A stretch of DNA of 64,000 nucleotides. Origin: an uncultured Myxococcales bacterium. Its GTDB lineage: Bacteria > Myxococcota_A > UBA9042 > CAIXZC01. Below the pieces are notes generated by a model. That model saw only the letters and a list, made by a program, of their open reading frames with translations, ran no database searches and was not told the DNA's origin. The number at the start of each line of letters is the position of its first letter. Within the stretch, counting starts at the first letter, position 1. The translations under genes and the position numbers were made by a program. Shown here piece by piece: positions 1 through 9,002 of the stretch. The stretch spans positions 36,368 through 100,367 of the forward strand of contig CAITUV010000019.1 in NCBI GenBank assembly GCA_903895725.1. The letters are read 5' to 3'.

Positions 1-51
1 ACGGACCGGATCGACCGGATTCCCCCCTGGGCCACCGCCACCAAGGCCCCG

Positions 52-684
52 GTGTCGTTCCGGTTTCCCAACTTCATCGCTCCCCATCCGGACGACCGGG
101 AGCGCCTGGGTCGCCACTTCGAGTTCACCCGCGATGGTACCGAGCTGGTATTTCGACTCCATCCGCTGGGGGGGTCGGGGCTGGTGGATTCCACCCTCCC
201 CTTCCTCGGAGTCCCTGCCGACCTGCTGCGCAAGTATGCCATGCTCTGGTTTGCCAACGGAGGCATTGCCCCGGTTCCCACGGCAGGATTCGAGGGCGAG
301 CTTCTCCCGGATTCTGCGACGAAAGTCGAGGTCCTGGATCTGTCCGAGGCGGGAGATCGCCTGGTTCTGCGACGCTCCGGAGGGGCAGCGTCTGCCCCGG
401 TCTACGTCAAGATCCCCTGGCACCCGCACTGGGAAGCGCAGGAGGAGGGCGGAGTTGCGCTCCCCCTCTACCGGGCTGGGCTCGGCATGCTGGTGCTTGC
501 CCCGCTCGGGACTTGGACGCTAGAATACCGGCCCGGCTGGTGCGATGTCGTCGGGAGGGCCCTGACGCTGCTCGCACTGGCCGCTCTGGCGGTGTTCGGC
601 ATGGTCCTCATCCGGCATCACATCGTGAACGACCTGAAGCGGCCACCTGAGGTCCCCGTGGCCCCCGGCGGAGGCAGCTCATGA
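52..684 (+). CDS. Hypothetical protein with a C-terminal transmembrane helix. The reading frame is open back to nt 1, so the true start may lie upstream of the window. The first in-window start is GTG at 52.
   Basis: 210-aa ORF; hydrophobic C-terminal segment LTLLALAALAVFGMVLI; 4-nt ATGA overlap with the downstream smpB start. Confidence 0.4.
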   Translation: MSFRFPNFIAPHPDDRERLGRHFEFTRDGTELVFRLHPLGGSGLVDSTLPFLGVPADLLRKYAMLWFANGGIAPVPTAGFEGELLPDSATKVEVLDLSEAGDRLVLRRSGGAASAPVYVKIPWHPHWEAQEEGGVALPLYRAGLGMLVLAPLGTWTLEYRPGWCDVVGRALTLLALAALAVFGMVLIRHHIVNDLKRPPEVPVAPGGGSS

Positions 685-1139
685 CCGCGGACAAGCTGGT
701 CGTCCGCAATCGGCGGGCGACGTTCGACTATGAGATCGAAGAGCGCTTCGAGGCGGGCCTCGTGCTCACCGGGAGCGAGGTGAAGTCGCTTCGTGACGGC
801 AAGGCCAGTCTTGCCGAGGCGTTCGTCCAGGAGGACGACGGAGAGCTCTACCTGGTCCAGTGCCACATCGCCCAGTATCCGTTTGCCAACATCCTCAATC
901 ACGACCCGCTCCGGAAGCGCAAGCTGCTCCTCCATGCGGAGGAGATTCGCCGGATCATCCGACGGATCACGGAGAAGGGCTTCACTGCGGTCCCCATCAG
1001 CGTTTACTTCAAGAACGGGAAGGCCAAGGTGGAGGTCGGGCTTGCCCGCGGCAAAAAGCAGGCCGACAAGCGGGAGGACATCAAGAAGCGGGATGCCGAG
1101 CGGGATGCACGCCGGGAGCTCCGGGAACGAAACCGATGA
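681..1139 (+). CDS. smpB: SsrA-binding protein SmpB.
   Basis: 152 aa with full-length similarity to SmpB (RRATFDYEIEERFEAGLVLTGSEVKSLR ... KLLLHAEEIRRI ... ISVYFKNGKAKVEVGLARGKKQ) and a basic C-terminal tail. Confidence 0.9.
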   Translation: MTADKLVVRNRRATFDYEIEERFEAGLVLTGSEVKSLRDGKASLAEAFVQEDDGELYLVQCHIAQYPFANILNHDPLRKRKLLLHAEEIRRIIRRITEKGFTAVPISVYFKNGKAKVEVGLARGKKQADKREDIKKRDAERDARRELRERNR

Positions 1140-1176
1140 GGGGCTCGGTTCCTGGATGCCAGTGGGGGAAGGGGCG

Positions 1177-2913
1177 ATGACGGACCGTTCGACATTGGCG
1201 GTGCAGAAGGCGCTGGTCGCTCACCTCAAGCGCCGGCTCAAGCAGCACATTCCCCAGACCCCCGAGCTCGACCGGTACTACGAGGAGTTCCGACGAGAGC
1301 TCACGGACTTCGGGGTGCCGTCCTGGCCGGGAGAGCTCCTCGCCGCTCTCGGTGCGGCACAGGTCGCGTACGTCGGGGACTTCCACACTCACGTTCAGTC
1401 GCAGAAGCTGGTGGACCGCCTGCTCACCATGCTCCATGACGAGCACCGCGCCTCCATCGCCCGGGACCCGAGCCGCCCTCCCCCGCACCGGGTCAACGTG
1501 CTGGCCATGGAGGCGTTCCTGTCGCGGCACCAGCCCCACCTGGACCGGTTCATGGCCGGCGAGTGCACGTCGGATGAGCTGCTGGAGCTGGTCCGCTGGG
1601 ATCGGACCTGGGGCTTTCCCGCTGCCGGCTACCTTCGCATCCTCGAGACCTGCCGCGACCTGGGAATCCGAGTCGTGGGAATCAACAGCACGGCCCGGGG
1701 TGAACGGACGCTCCATCGCCGAGACCGTCATGCCGCCCGGATCATCGCCCGCCTGCACAAGGAGAACCCCCACGGCCTGGTGATGGTCTTCATTGGAGAC
1801 CTTCACGTGGCCGTCGAGCACCTGCCCGCACGCGTCCTCGAGCAGCTCGCACGCAGAAACCGGACCATCCAGGACTGCATCGTCTACGTGAATCCGGAAA
1901 GCGTCTTCTGGGCACTGGCCGAGAGCGGGCTCGACTACATCGTCAACATCGTCAAGATCACGCACCGGCAGTTCTGCGTGATCAACTCCACGCCGGTGGC
2001 CCGCTATGATTCCTACCTGCGCTTCGTCGAGGGGGTCATCGAAGAAGACGACCCCGACGACTTCGCCCCGGCCTCGGCCGACGTGGCCGACTACATCCGG
2101 GAGCTGGCCGGGCGAATCGGCCGCTTCCTCCAACTGAGCCGTTTGTCGCTTCCCGATGTCGACATCGTCGTCTGGCAGAACCCGGACGAGACTGCCCAGC
2201 AGCTCGCCACACGACTGGACGCCCCAGCCGACAGCCCCGCCCGCGTGAGGGCGGCCTCCCTGGCCCGACATCCGCTGGCCATCACCGACAGCAGCCTCCT
2301 CATCCACTCCTTCACGCTCAACGATGCCGCAGATGCAGCGGCGCGTCTCGTGCTCCAGGCGGGCGGGTGGCGCCAACGCTTCCTTCCGGCCGGCCGCTCC
2401 TTCTTCGGCGACGCGCTGTTCGAGGCGCTGGCCTATTTCGCATCCAAGGTGATCAACCCCAAGCGGGCCTGCAAGAAGGAGGACGATCTCCGTCAGTGGG
2501 CGAAGCAGTCGCACTCATCCCGCCGAGTCCGCAAGGCCGTCAACGTCGGCGCCATCGAGCGCTTCGTCCTTCCGCATCTTTCGCTTCTGGCGACCCTCGG
2601 GGGGGACTCGACCAACGTGCCCCTGCCCACTCTGCCAGCCCCCCGCGGGCTCACGCTGCCCGCCCGCATGGAGGTGACCCGAGTCATCGGCCATCGGCTC
2701 GGAGAGAAGCTCTTCTACTATGCGCACGTCGGCCTTCCATCCCGCGTGGCCACCCGCCGGAGCCGTGACCGGTATCTCGACCGGGCGACCCTCTCCCGCA
2801 CCTTCCGGCAGCCTCCGCCAACCGAAGCCGACGCACGGCGCCTCTATCTCGAGCTGTGGAAGAGCGCGGCCCAGGTCCAGGAGCACCACGATACGCGGGC
2901 AAAGTGGCTGTAG
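1177..2913 (+). CDS. Hypothetical protein, 578 aa. It may be distantly ChaN/Tiki-like, but that is not established.
   Basis: Long ORF in the 793..2913 frame. ATG at 1177 (MTDRSTLAVQK) lies 38 nt after the smpB stop. The upstream 128 codons overlap smpB in another frame and were rejected as a spurious extension. Confidence 0.55.
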   Translation: MTDRSTLAVQKALVAHLKRRLKQHIPQTPELDRYYEEFRRELTDFGVPSWPGELLAALGAAQVAYVGDFHTHVQSQKLVDRLLTMLHDEHRASIARDPSRPPPHRVNVLAMEAFLSRHQPHLDRFMAGECTSDELLELVRWDRTWGFPAAGYLRILETCRDLGIRVVGINSTARGERTLHRRDRHAARIIARLHKENPHGLVMVFIGDLHVAVEHLPARVLEQLARRNRTIQDCIVYVNPESVFWALAESGLDYIVNIVKITHRQFCVINSTPVARYDSYLRFVEGVIEEDDPDDFAPASADVADYIRELAGRIGRFLQLSRLSLPDVDIVVWQNPDETAQQLATRLDAPADSPARVRAASLARHPLAITDSSLLIHSFTLNDAADAAARLVLQAGGWRQRFLPAGRSFFGDALFEALAYFASKVINPKRACKKEDDLRQWAKQSHSSRRVRKAVNVGAIERFVLPHLSLLATLGGDSTNVPLPTLPAPRGLTLPARMEVTRVIGHRLGEKLFYYAHVGLPSRVATRRSRDRYLDRATLSRTFRQPPPTEADARRLYLELWKSAAQVQEHHDTRAKWL

Positions 2914-3392
2914 GCCGGATGGTCCTGGCCTGCCTGACGGCTTGCGAGGTGGCGTCGCCTGCTGTCGGCATGGCCTCCCTGACGGCATGAGAGGGTGCGG
3001 CACCTGCCGTCGGTGCGGCCTGCAGATGTGCCGCCGCAGAATGCATGGAGGACGCATCGGCTGAACTGTGCGCCTGTCAAGTCATGGGGATTCCCACTGC
3101 CGTGCTTGTAGCCTCCCTCGGGAGGCGCGAGACCGCCGAAGCCTCCTGTCCTTGGAGGCCCGAAGAGCGAAGTAGGATGGCGAAGTCGGGCGAGCGGTGG
3201 GGCTGCTCGTTTCGCCAGAATCGCTGGCAGTCGGTCGGCCAACGATTCCGGGGAAGCGAGCAGGCCCCCTCGGCCCCGCCGGCCGGTGCCGGCGGGGATC
3301 CTCCCCCAGAGGGGGAAGCCAATGACGGCATTGCCCGCGGCAACGGGTGTGCTGGCGCACAGGGTAGCCGATCTGACGCAGTCGCCTCAAGC

Positions 3393-3560
3393 GCCTCGGC
3401 CGTCGGGTTGCCCGCACCCAGTGTCCCTCTCGCCGCCTCGGCCGCCAGGTTGCCCGCACCCACTGTCCGTCTCGAAGCATCGGCCGTCCGGTTGCCCGTA
3501 CCAACGGCTCAAGGCGATGCATCGGCCCTCGGGTTGCCCGCACCGACGTCACATCTCCAG
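3393..3560. repeat. Tandem direct repeat, 4 copies x 42 bp. Each unit has about 26 conserved nt (gcctcggccgNcNggttgcccgcacc) followed by about 16 variable nt.
   Basis: Read directly from the sequence. Copy starts are at 3393, 3435, 3477 and 3519. It sits in an 840-bp gap between the convergent gene ends at 2913 and 3756. Confidence 0.8.
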
Positions 3561-3755
3561 GACACAGGCCTTGCAATGCAAACCCGGGCATGCGCCATAA
3601 CCCACCTGGGAATCTCAGATGGGCCGCTTTCCGGGCCTTTGCGCATAACCCCGAGTTGTCGGCTGGAGTTGGCGGGGATAGGCCCCGGTTGCGCCGGCTG
3701 ATGTCACAAAGATGGCACAGGGGTGGCGACAACAACGGGCCCCCAATTGGCACTG

Positions 3756-5894
3756 TCAGCCGCACTTGGCGGCGCAGTACTTGATGGCCTCGCTTGCGCA
3801 AGTAGTATCCCAGATAACGTTGCAGCAGAACACGTCCATCGCGCAGACGCAGATCTCGATGGTGTGGTCGGCGCATCCGACTGAGCCGTTGGCAATGCAA
3901 CAGTCTCCCCCGCAGGAGCCGCAGAGGTCACTTTCTTTGGCGCATACCTCGTCCCACTGTTTGTCGCAGCAGAACTGGTCCATGAAACAAACGCAGTCCT
4001 GAACCGATGCGTTCCCACACCCCTTGCCGAAATGGGCGATGCAACAACTCGGATTCTGGCAGACCCCGCAGTCCAGCCCACAGGAGCTGCAGTTCTCCTC
4101 GCCATTGCATTTTCCGTCACCGCACGCAGTACAGCCACAATCTGCGGGGCAGATGACGCAGTCCTCGCCAGTATCGCAGCTTCCATCCCCGCACCACGGA
4201 ACGTACTTGCAGGTTCCTTCAGAGCACTCGTAGTGCGGCTCGCAATCACCGCATGTTCCCCCGCATCCGTCCTCTCCGCACTGCTTGCCATCGCACTTCG
4301 GTTGGCACGCTGTGCACTCCCCCATGCTGCAGAACTTCCCCGCCTTGGCGCAGTCGGTTCCCCCCGATACCGGGCCGAGGCCCAGAGCATCGCACGCGGT
4401 GGCAACCTCGCCGGAGCACACCAGGCTGTTGGGTGTGCACTGCCAGGGCAGGCACTGACCGTCCTTGCAGGAGTGCTGAGGCGAGCAGTCTTCCGTCGTT
4501 GAGGAAAGGCCATCCGCGGAGCAGTGCCCGAGCGAGTCGCCATCGACACAGAAGTTGGTGGATGGGGAGCACGCAAGGTCCAGGCACTTGCCGTCGCTGC
4601 ACACCTTCTGCTGCGTCTTGCAGTTCGTCTGGCTGGCATAGCCGCTGCCGAGGCTGTTGCAGACGTTGGCCATGTCCCCCACGCAGGCCGCCTTGCTCGG
4701 CTCGCAGACCCAGGCCTTGCACTCGCCGGACAGGCAGAACTGCTGGGCATCGCACGGCTTTGTCGAGTAGTTCATTCCGTCGTTGAGACAGGTGGCCGCG
4801 GTCACGTTGTCAGCGCAGAACTTCTCGTTCGGCACGCAGACCGTGTCAATGCAGGCACCGTTGAAGCAATGCTGCTTCTTGGCCTGGCAGTCCTCCTGGT
4901 ACTGGACGGAAAGACCGTCGCCGGAGCAGACCTTGTAGACTTCGCCTGTGCAGAACACGCTGCCCGGCTCGCAGAGCCACGCAACACAGTCTCCCCCAAG
5001 ACAGGACTGTTGGGCGGAGCAAGGCTCCTGGACAACGTCCAGGCAGTTCTCCGCACATTCGCCGACCGTTGACCCATCGAAACACGACCTGGCGCCAGGT
5101 ACACACGAACAGGCGACGCAGCCATCAACCATGCAGAACTGGTCCAAGGCGGCGCAATCGGTCTCAGACTCGACCGACTTGCCGTCTGCGGAGCAGACCT
5201 TCAGAGTGTTCTCCTCGCACCACACGGCTCCGGGGTCACACGCCAGATCGTGACAGGCTCCGTCCTCGCAGAATTGAGATGCACCGCACGTCTGCGAAAC
5301 GGCCTCCCCGCTGCCATCCTCCTTGCACGTCACCACGTCGAGCCCGTCGCATCGTGATTCCCCGCCGGTACAGACCTCCGAAAGGCAGTAGTGCTCGAGG
5401 CAGAATTCGTCCTCCTCGCAGTCCGTGGAGGCGAAGCACTCGACGCACAGGCCCCGCTCCTTGTCACAAAGCAGCCAGTGCTTCTTGCAATCCTTGTCCG
5501 ACGTACACGGGATGGCCTCGTGGCATGCGTGGTCGGCACCACAGGTCTTGCCCTCATCGCAGTCCTCGTTGCCGATGCAGACCACGCACAGCCCCGAATC
5601 GGGTTCGCACAACAGGTCGCCCGGACAGTCCTTGGTCGACTTGCACGGGAACGCCTCGCACTTGCCTTCGGCGCTGCACTGTTCCATGAGCATGAGGCAC
5701 TGGCCGCATTCGCCGCCGCAGCCGTCGTCGCCGCACTCCTTGCCCTCGCAGACCGGAACGCAGGCATCACCCGAGGCGTCGCCACCGCCGCTCTTGTCCC
5801 CCACGACATCCTGCGGTTCGATCTTGCCGCCATTGACGCTGCCGGAACAAGCCAGCATCAGCGCTGCCAGGGCCAATGCAATCGACCTGACCAT
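3756..5894 (-). CDS. Cysteine-rich repeat lipoprotein, secreted/surface. Start is at ATG 5900 or 5894; the track ORF runs to 6227, but the first 109 codons were rejected.
   Basis: Lipoprotein signal MIMVRSIALALAALMLACSGS with GGAGG 7 nt upstream of ATG 5894. About 9% Cys in roughly 45-aa Cys modules, plus two C-terminal CCIAxxxGC...CVCxMDxFCC modules. Confidence 0.7.
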   Translation of the reverse strand: MVRSIALALAALMLACSGSVNGGKIEPQDVVGDKSGGGDASGDACVPVCEGKECGDDGCGGECGQCLMLMEQCSAEGKCEAFPCKSTKDCPGDLLCEPDSGLCVVCIGNEDCDEGKTCGADHACHEAIPCTSDKDCKKHWLLCDKERGLCVECFASTDCEEDEFCLEHYCLSEVCTGGESRCDGLDVVTCKEDGSGEAVSQTCGASQFCEDGACHDLACDPGAVWCEENTLKVCSADGKSVESETDCAALDQFCMVDGCVACSCVPGARSCFDGSTVGECAENCLDVVQEPCSAQQSCLGGDCVAWLCEPGSVFCTGEVYKVCSGDGLSVQYQEDCQAKKQHCFNGACIDTVCVPNEKFCADNVTAATCLNDGMNYSTKPCDAQQFCLSGECKAWVCEPSKAACVGDMANVCNSLGSGYASQTNCKTQQKVCSDGKCLDLACSPSTNFCVDGDSLGHCSADGLSSTTEDCSPQHSCKDGQCLPWQCTPNSLVCSGEVATACDALGLGPVSGGTDCAKAGKFCSMGECTACQPKCDGKQCGEDGCGGTCGDCEPHYECSEGTCKYVPWCGDGSCDTGEDCVICPADCGCTACGDGKCNGEENCSSCGLDCGVCQNPSCCIAHFGKGCGNASVQDCVCFMDQFCCDKQWDEVCAKESDLCGSCGGDCCIANGSVGCADHTIEICVCAMDVFCCNVIWDTTCASEAIKYCAAKCG

Positions 5895-6060
5895 GATCAT
5901 GCCTCCACAACGGACGTCCAGTGCGTTTCCGCTGCGATGATAGTACATCGGGTGCGGGGAGTTGGCCAGCGGGAAGGCGAGGAGCTCCGGGGTGCCACGC
6001 GATGCGGTTCCACGTCCAGTCGCCGGTCTACGCTGCCCAGCATTCACGGGGTACGGGACA

Positions 6061-6948
6061 CTACCGCCGCCCGTGGGCCTTGCAGATGCAGCACGAGCAG
6101 CGTCTCGACCCGGTGAAGTGCCGCAGACCCACGAGCTTCCCTCGACTGCGGTCGACCCGAGGCTCGAACCGATTCCAGAGATCCACTTCGCTGTTCTCGA
6201 TCTTCCTGCGCAGGGCGTAGGCAGCAAGATCGGCCATCTGGATCATGGCGGTCAGGCCGCTGTCCACGAACAGCGGCGTTTCCACGATGTTGTGGATCTT
6301 CTTCCAGAAGGTGCCGAACCGATGGAACTCCCTGGCCATGTGGGTGAGCCGGGTTGCCACCTTCTCGTTGTTGTCGTGCACGACGATGCCGGTTGCTCGA
6401 CGACGCTCCAGGAACGACTGGAAGCGCGTGAGCACCTGCTCGAACGCCGCCTCGTACAGAGACAGCCCACGCCGGTTGGCGAAATCCGACTTGGAGACCG
6501 CCTCTGCGAAGATGCGGGCATCGTCCCACTGGCCGATCTGCGATGCCAGACGGTCGAGACAGTCCAGCCGCTCGCTCCGTAGCAGGTGCAGGTACGGCTC
6601 CGTGGCACGACAGTACCGGCGGTAGGCCTTCAGCTTCTCCGGCGCCCCCTGGATTCCGAGCACACCGGCGTGCGCAGCGCGTTCCTTCTTTGCCGCGGCC
6701 ACCCTGCCTCCGGAGTCCAGATCCGGCAACCCCTCCACCTTCTCCTGGTCCACGTATCGGCGAGCCATCCAGGCCGTGTGGATTTCGACGCCCTCCAGGT
6801 GGAACTCGCGCTTCACCGCCTCCAGAGCGTGGTCGTGTTCCTTCCACCGCTCTGCACGGATCGCGAGGCCGAGAAGAACGAAGTGGTCGGTCCCTCCGCT
6901 CCCCTCCTCGACTCCCGATTCGTCGACGTACAGGATGTACAAGGGCAC
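6061..6948 (-). CDS. DUF3800-family protein.
   Basis: 295 aa beginning MPLYILYVDESG, the hallmark N-terminal Y[IV]DESG motif of DUF3800. Adjacent to the xis/int genes. Confidence 0.65.
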   Translation of the reverse strand: MPLYILYVDESGVEEGSGGTDHFVLLGLAIRAERWKEHDHALEAVKREFHLEGVEIHTAWMARRYVDQEKVEGLPDLDSGGRVAAAKKERAAHAGVLGIQGAPEKLKAYRRYCRATEPYLHLLRSERLDCLDRLASQIGQWDDARIFAEAVSKSDFANRRGLSLYEAAFEQVLTRFQSFLERRRATGIVVHDNNEKVATRLTHMAREFHRFGTFWKKIHNIVETPLFVDSGLTAMIQMADLAAYALRRKIENSEVDLWNRFEPRVDRSRGKLVGLRHFTGSRRCSCCICKAHGRR

Positions 6949-7200
6949 CCCTTAAATGACAACGGCGTCTGGGGCGGAACCCAGAGGCTCCGAAGGAGTC
7001 GCATGGCGTCTCCTTCCCCAGTCGCCGAAGGTAGAATACCATCCCCGCCGCGCATGTAAAGCCCTTTCTTCGAGCCTCCGCCGCCCTCCCGCCCCACATT
7101 CCGCCTCTCCCCGCTTGACAAAACCATGCAGTTCTGGCATAAAGTATAGTCAGTAGTTGCTAGCAATTACACTATGACAACTGACTAAAGGACATTGAAC

Positions 7201-7431
7201 ATGACCGACGCTAAGCATCACCGACTGATTTCGGTGCAGGACGCAGCAAGGCTGCTGGGAGTTAGCGAGTGGACGATGTACCGCTGGGCAGGCAAGGGAG
7301 GGCGGATAGCCTCGTACAAGCTGGGCCGGCGCAGGGTCGTCTCGACCGCGGACCTGGGACGGTTCCTCCGGGAATGCCGGGAGGAGCCGGGACTCAGGAA
7401 AGGGGCAGGTCGCCCGGGAGGGCGGAAATGA
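7201..7431 (+). CDS. Excisionase/AlpA-like helix-turn-helix DNA-binding protein. The track start is TTG 7195; ATG 7201 is preferred.
   Basis: 76 aa with LISVQDAARLLGVSEWTMYRWAGKGGRIASYKLGRRRVVSTADL, an excisionase-family HTH signature. Lies immediately upstream of the integrase. Confidence 0.6.
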   Translation: MTDAKHHRLISVQDAARLLGVSEWTMYRWAGKGGRIASYKLGRRRVVSTADLGRFLRECREEPGLRKGAGRPGGRK

Positions 7432-7614
7432 AGGCAAGGCTAGCTGTACTAGTGATACACCTCATACCAATCAAGAATCGGTTGACAAGAAGAGTCAGTC
7501 ATGGTATGCAAGGGAGAGCAGCCGGGCTGGCGGGGCTGGCCGGACCGGACAAGCGGCTCTTTGACAACCAGGGGGATGGCGCATGCCCCTCAGACGACGT
7601 GAGGAGGTAGGGGC

Positions 7615-8787
7615 ATGAAAGTGATCAAGAGGGGCAGCACTTACTGCATCGACTACCGAGACCCGACTGGACGGAGGGTGCGCAGGGCTATCGGCCCGGA
7701 CCGAAAGGTGGCCGAGGCGGCGCTCGCCAAGGTCAGGGTCCAGATTGCCGAGGGCAGATTCCTGGACAAGGCGGAGAAGCCCGAAGAAGTCGCGTTTTTC
7801 GAGATGAGGCGGCGGTTTCTCGACTGGGGCAAGGGGAACAAGCGCTCCTGGTCCCGCGACGAGCTTTGCCTGCGCCATTTGGGCGATTTCTTCGGGGAGC
7901 GCCCCCTGAGCGAGGTGTCGAGCTTCCTCGTCGAGCAATACAAGCGCAGCCGACAGGCGAAGGTGTCCGCACGCACGATCAACATCGAGCTTGCCTGCCT
8001 GCGCAACCTGTTCAACCGGGCGATTGCCTGGGGACTGGCCCGGGACAACCCGGTCCGGAACGTGAAGTTCTTCCGGGAGGACAACTCCCGGGTGCGATAC
8101 CTGACCCCGGACGAGGCCCGGTGCCTGCTGGGGCACTGCCCGGGAAACATCCGCCCGCTCGTCGTCCTGGCACTGCACACCGGGATGCGAAAGGGGGAGT
8201 TGCTGGGCCTGCGCTGGGAGGACATCGACTTCGCGTCGCGGACGATCCACCTTCGACACACGAAGAACGGACGACCCCGCGACGTGCCGATGACCGAGAC
8301 CGTCGCTCGGATGCTGCTGGAGATGAAAGCCGTCACGCCCGGGAAAGCGCTGTTCTACACCGCAATCGGCAGGAAACGACCGCTGCGGGACTTCAGGACC
8401 GCATGGCAACGGGCGCTGCGGCTCGCAGGAATCTGGGACTTCCGGTTTCACGACTTGCGGCACACGACGGCCTCGACCCTGGCGATGGCCGGGGTGGACA
8501 TGCGGACGATCCAGGAGATCCTGGGTCACCGGTCGCCCGCCATGACTCAGCGCTACGCGCACCTGTCGCCCGAGCACCAGACGCGGGCGATATCGAAGCT
8601 GGACGAGGTGATGGCCGTGGGGGACGTCGGGCACCAGCACAGCCACGGGCAGCAGCACACACACCACCCGGAGCGTGAGCGACGGGCCGCGTCGCACAAG
8701 CAAGGCAGCGGCCAGGGGCACGGGCACCACGGCGAGCAGGTTATCCGGAAAACGGGACGGAAACCTCGCGTGTGCGCGCCTTGTTAG
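7615..8787 (+). CDS. int: Tyrosine recombinase / phage-type integrase with an atypical roughly 60-aa His-rich C-terminal extension.
   Basis: Catalytic motifs R..HDLRHTTAS...MTQRYAHL (R-H-R-Y tetrad). GAGGAGG RBS before ATG 7615. Tail is GHQHSHGQQHTHH...GHGHHGEQ. Confidence 0.85.
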   Translation: MKVIKRGSTYCIDYRDPTGRRVRRAIGPDRKVAEAALAKVRVQIAEGRFLDKAEKPEEVAFFEMRRRFLDWGKGNKRSWSRDELCLRHLGDFFGERPLSEVSSFLVEQYKRSRQAKVSARTINIELACLRNLFNRAIAWGLARDNPVRNVKFFREDNSRVRYLTPDEARCLLGHCPGNIRPLVVLALHTGMRKGELLGLRWEDIDFASRTIHLRHTKNGRPRDVPMTETVARMLLEMKAVTPGKALFYTAIGRKRPLRDFRTAWQRALRLAGIWDFRFHDLRHTTASTLAMAGVDMRTIQEILGHRSPAMTQRYAHLSPEHQTRAISKLDEVMAVGDVGHQHSHGQQHTHHPERERRAASHKQGSGQGHGHHGEQVIRKTGRKPRVCAPC

Positions 8788-9002
8788 AGCGCTTCCTGGC
8801 GCAGACGCATCGAAAACGGCTCTCACTCTTGTGGCAGTTGGGCACAAATCCGGCACACGGCAGGCCCCTCCGAAAAGGGGGAATGACCGCGGGCCTTGAA
8901 ATCAGGCAGGGTTATGGCTCTTGGCGGAAGCTGAGGTCACCGGCCTTGCAAACCTGCGACCTGGCGACAGCCGCTGCTGGCTGGCCGGAGCCGTCTGCCC
9001 CC

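Larger units (their letters stand above)
6061..8787. mobile_element. Remnant integrative element: DUF3800 cargo, xis-like gene and integrase. Boundaries are undefined because no attachment site was identified.
   Basis: Gene content plus AT-rich promoter islands at 6950-7200 and 7431-7615 in an otherwise 68% GC region. No tRNA/tmRNA or direct-repeat att found by eye. Confidence 0.4.

Noticed and set aside
793-1176. N-terminal 128 codons of track ORF 793..2913.
   Set aside because: They overlap smpB in a different frame with Ser/Arg-rich junk. ATG 1177, just after the smpB stop, is the plausible start.
1081-2514. Long antisense ORF (477 aa, minus strand) opposite the 1177-2913 gene. The class also includes 16273..17193-, 17215..17997-, 22869..24020-, 46063..47985+, 47310..49073+, 49330..50631-, 56304..58712+ and 61629..63791-.
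   Set aside because: They overlap better-supported genes on the opposite strand and have Arg/Ala/Pro/Gly-rich compositions typical of random open frames in 70% GC DNA.
3393-3560. Possible CRISPR array.
   Set aside because: The unit is only 42 bp, made of about 26 conserved and about 16 variable nt. That is too short for repeat + spacer, and there are no cas genes nearby. It was called a tandem repeat instead.
3045-3701. ORF 3045..3701 (+) and opposing ORFs 3082..3900 (-) and 3286..3600 (+) spanning the tandem repeat.
   Set aside because: Three mutually exclusive frames are open and all are low-complexity. No RBS or start context favours any one. Left uncalled, but a repeat protein cannot be excluded.
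7115-7143. Sigma-70-like promoter TTGACA-N17-CATAAA upstream of the xis-like gene, and TTGACA-N17-TATGCA (7482-7510) upstream of int.
   Set aside because: The -10 elements are weak matches. They are plausible, but not supported enough to list as features without TSS data.
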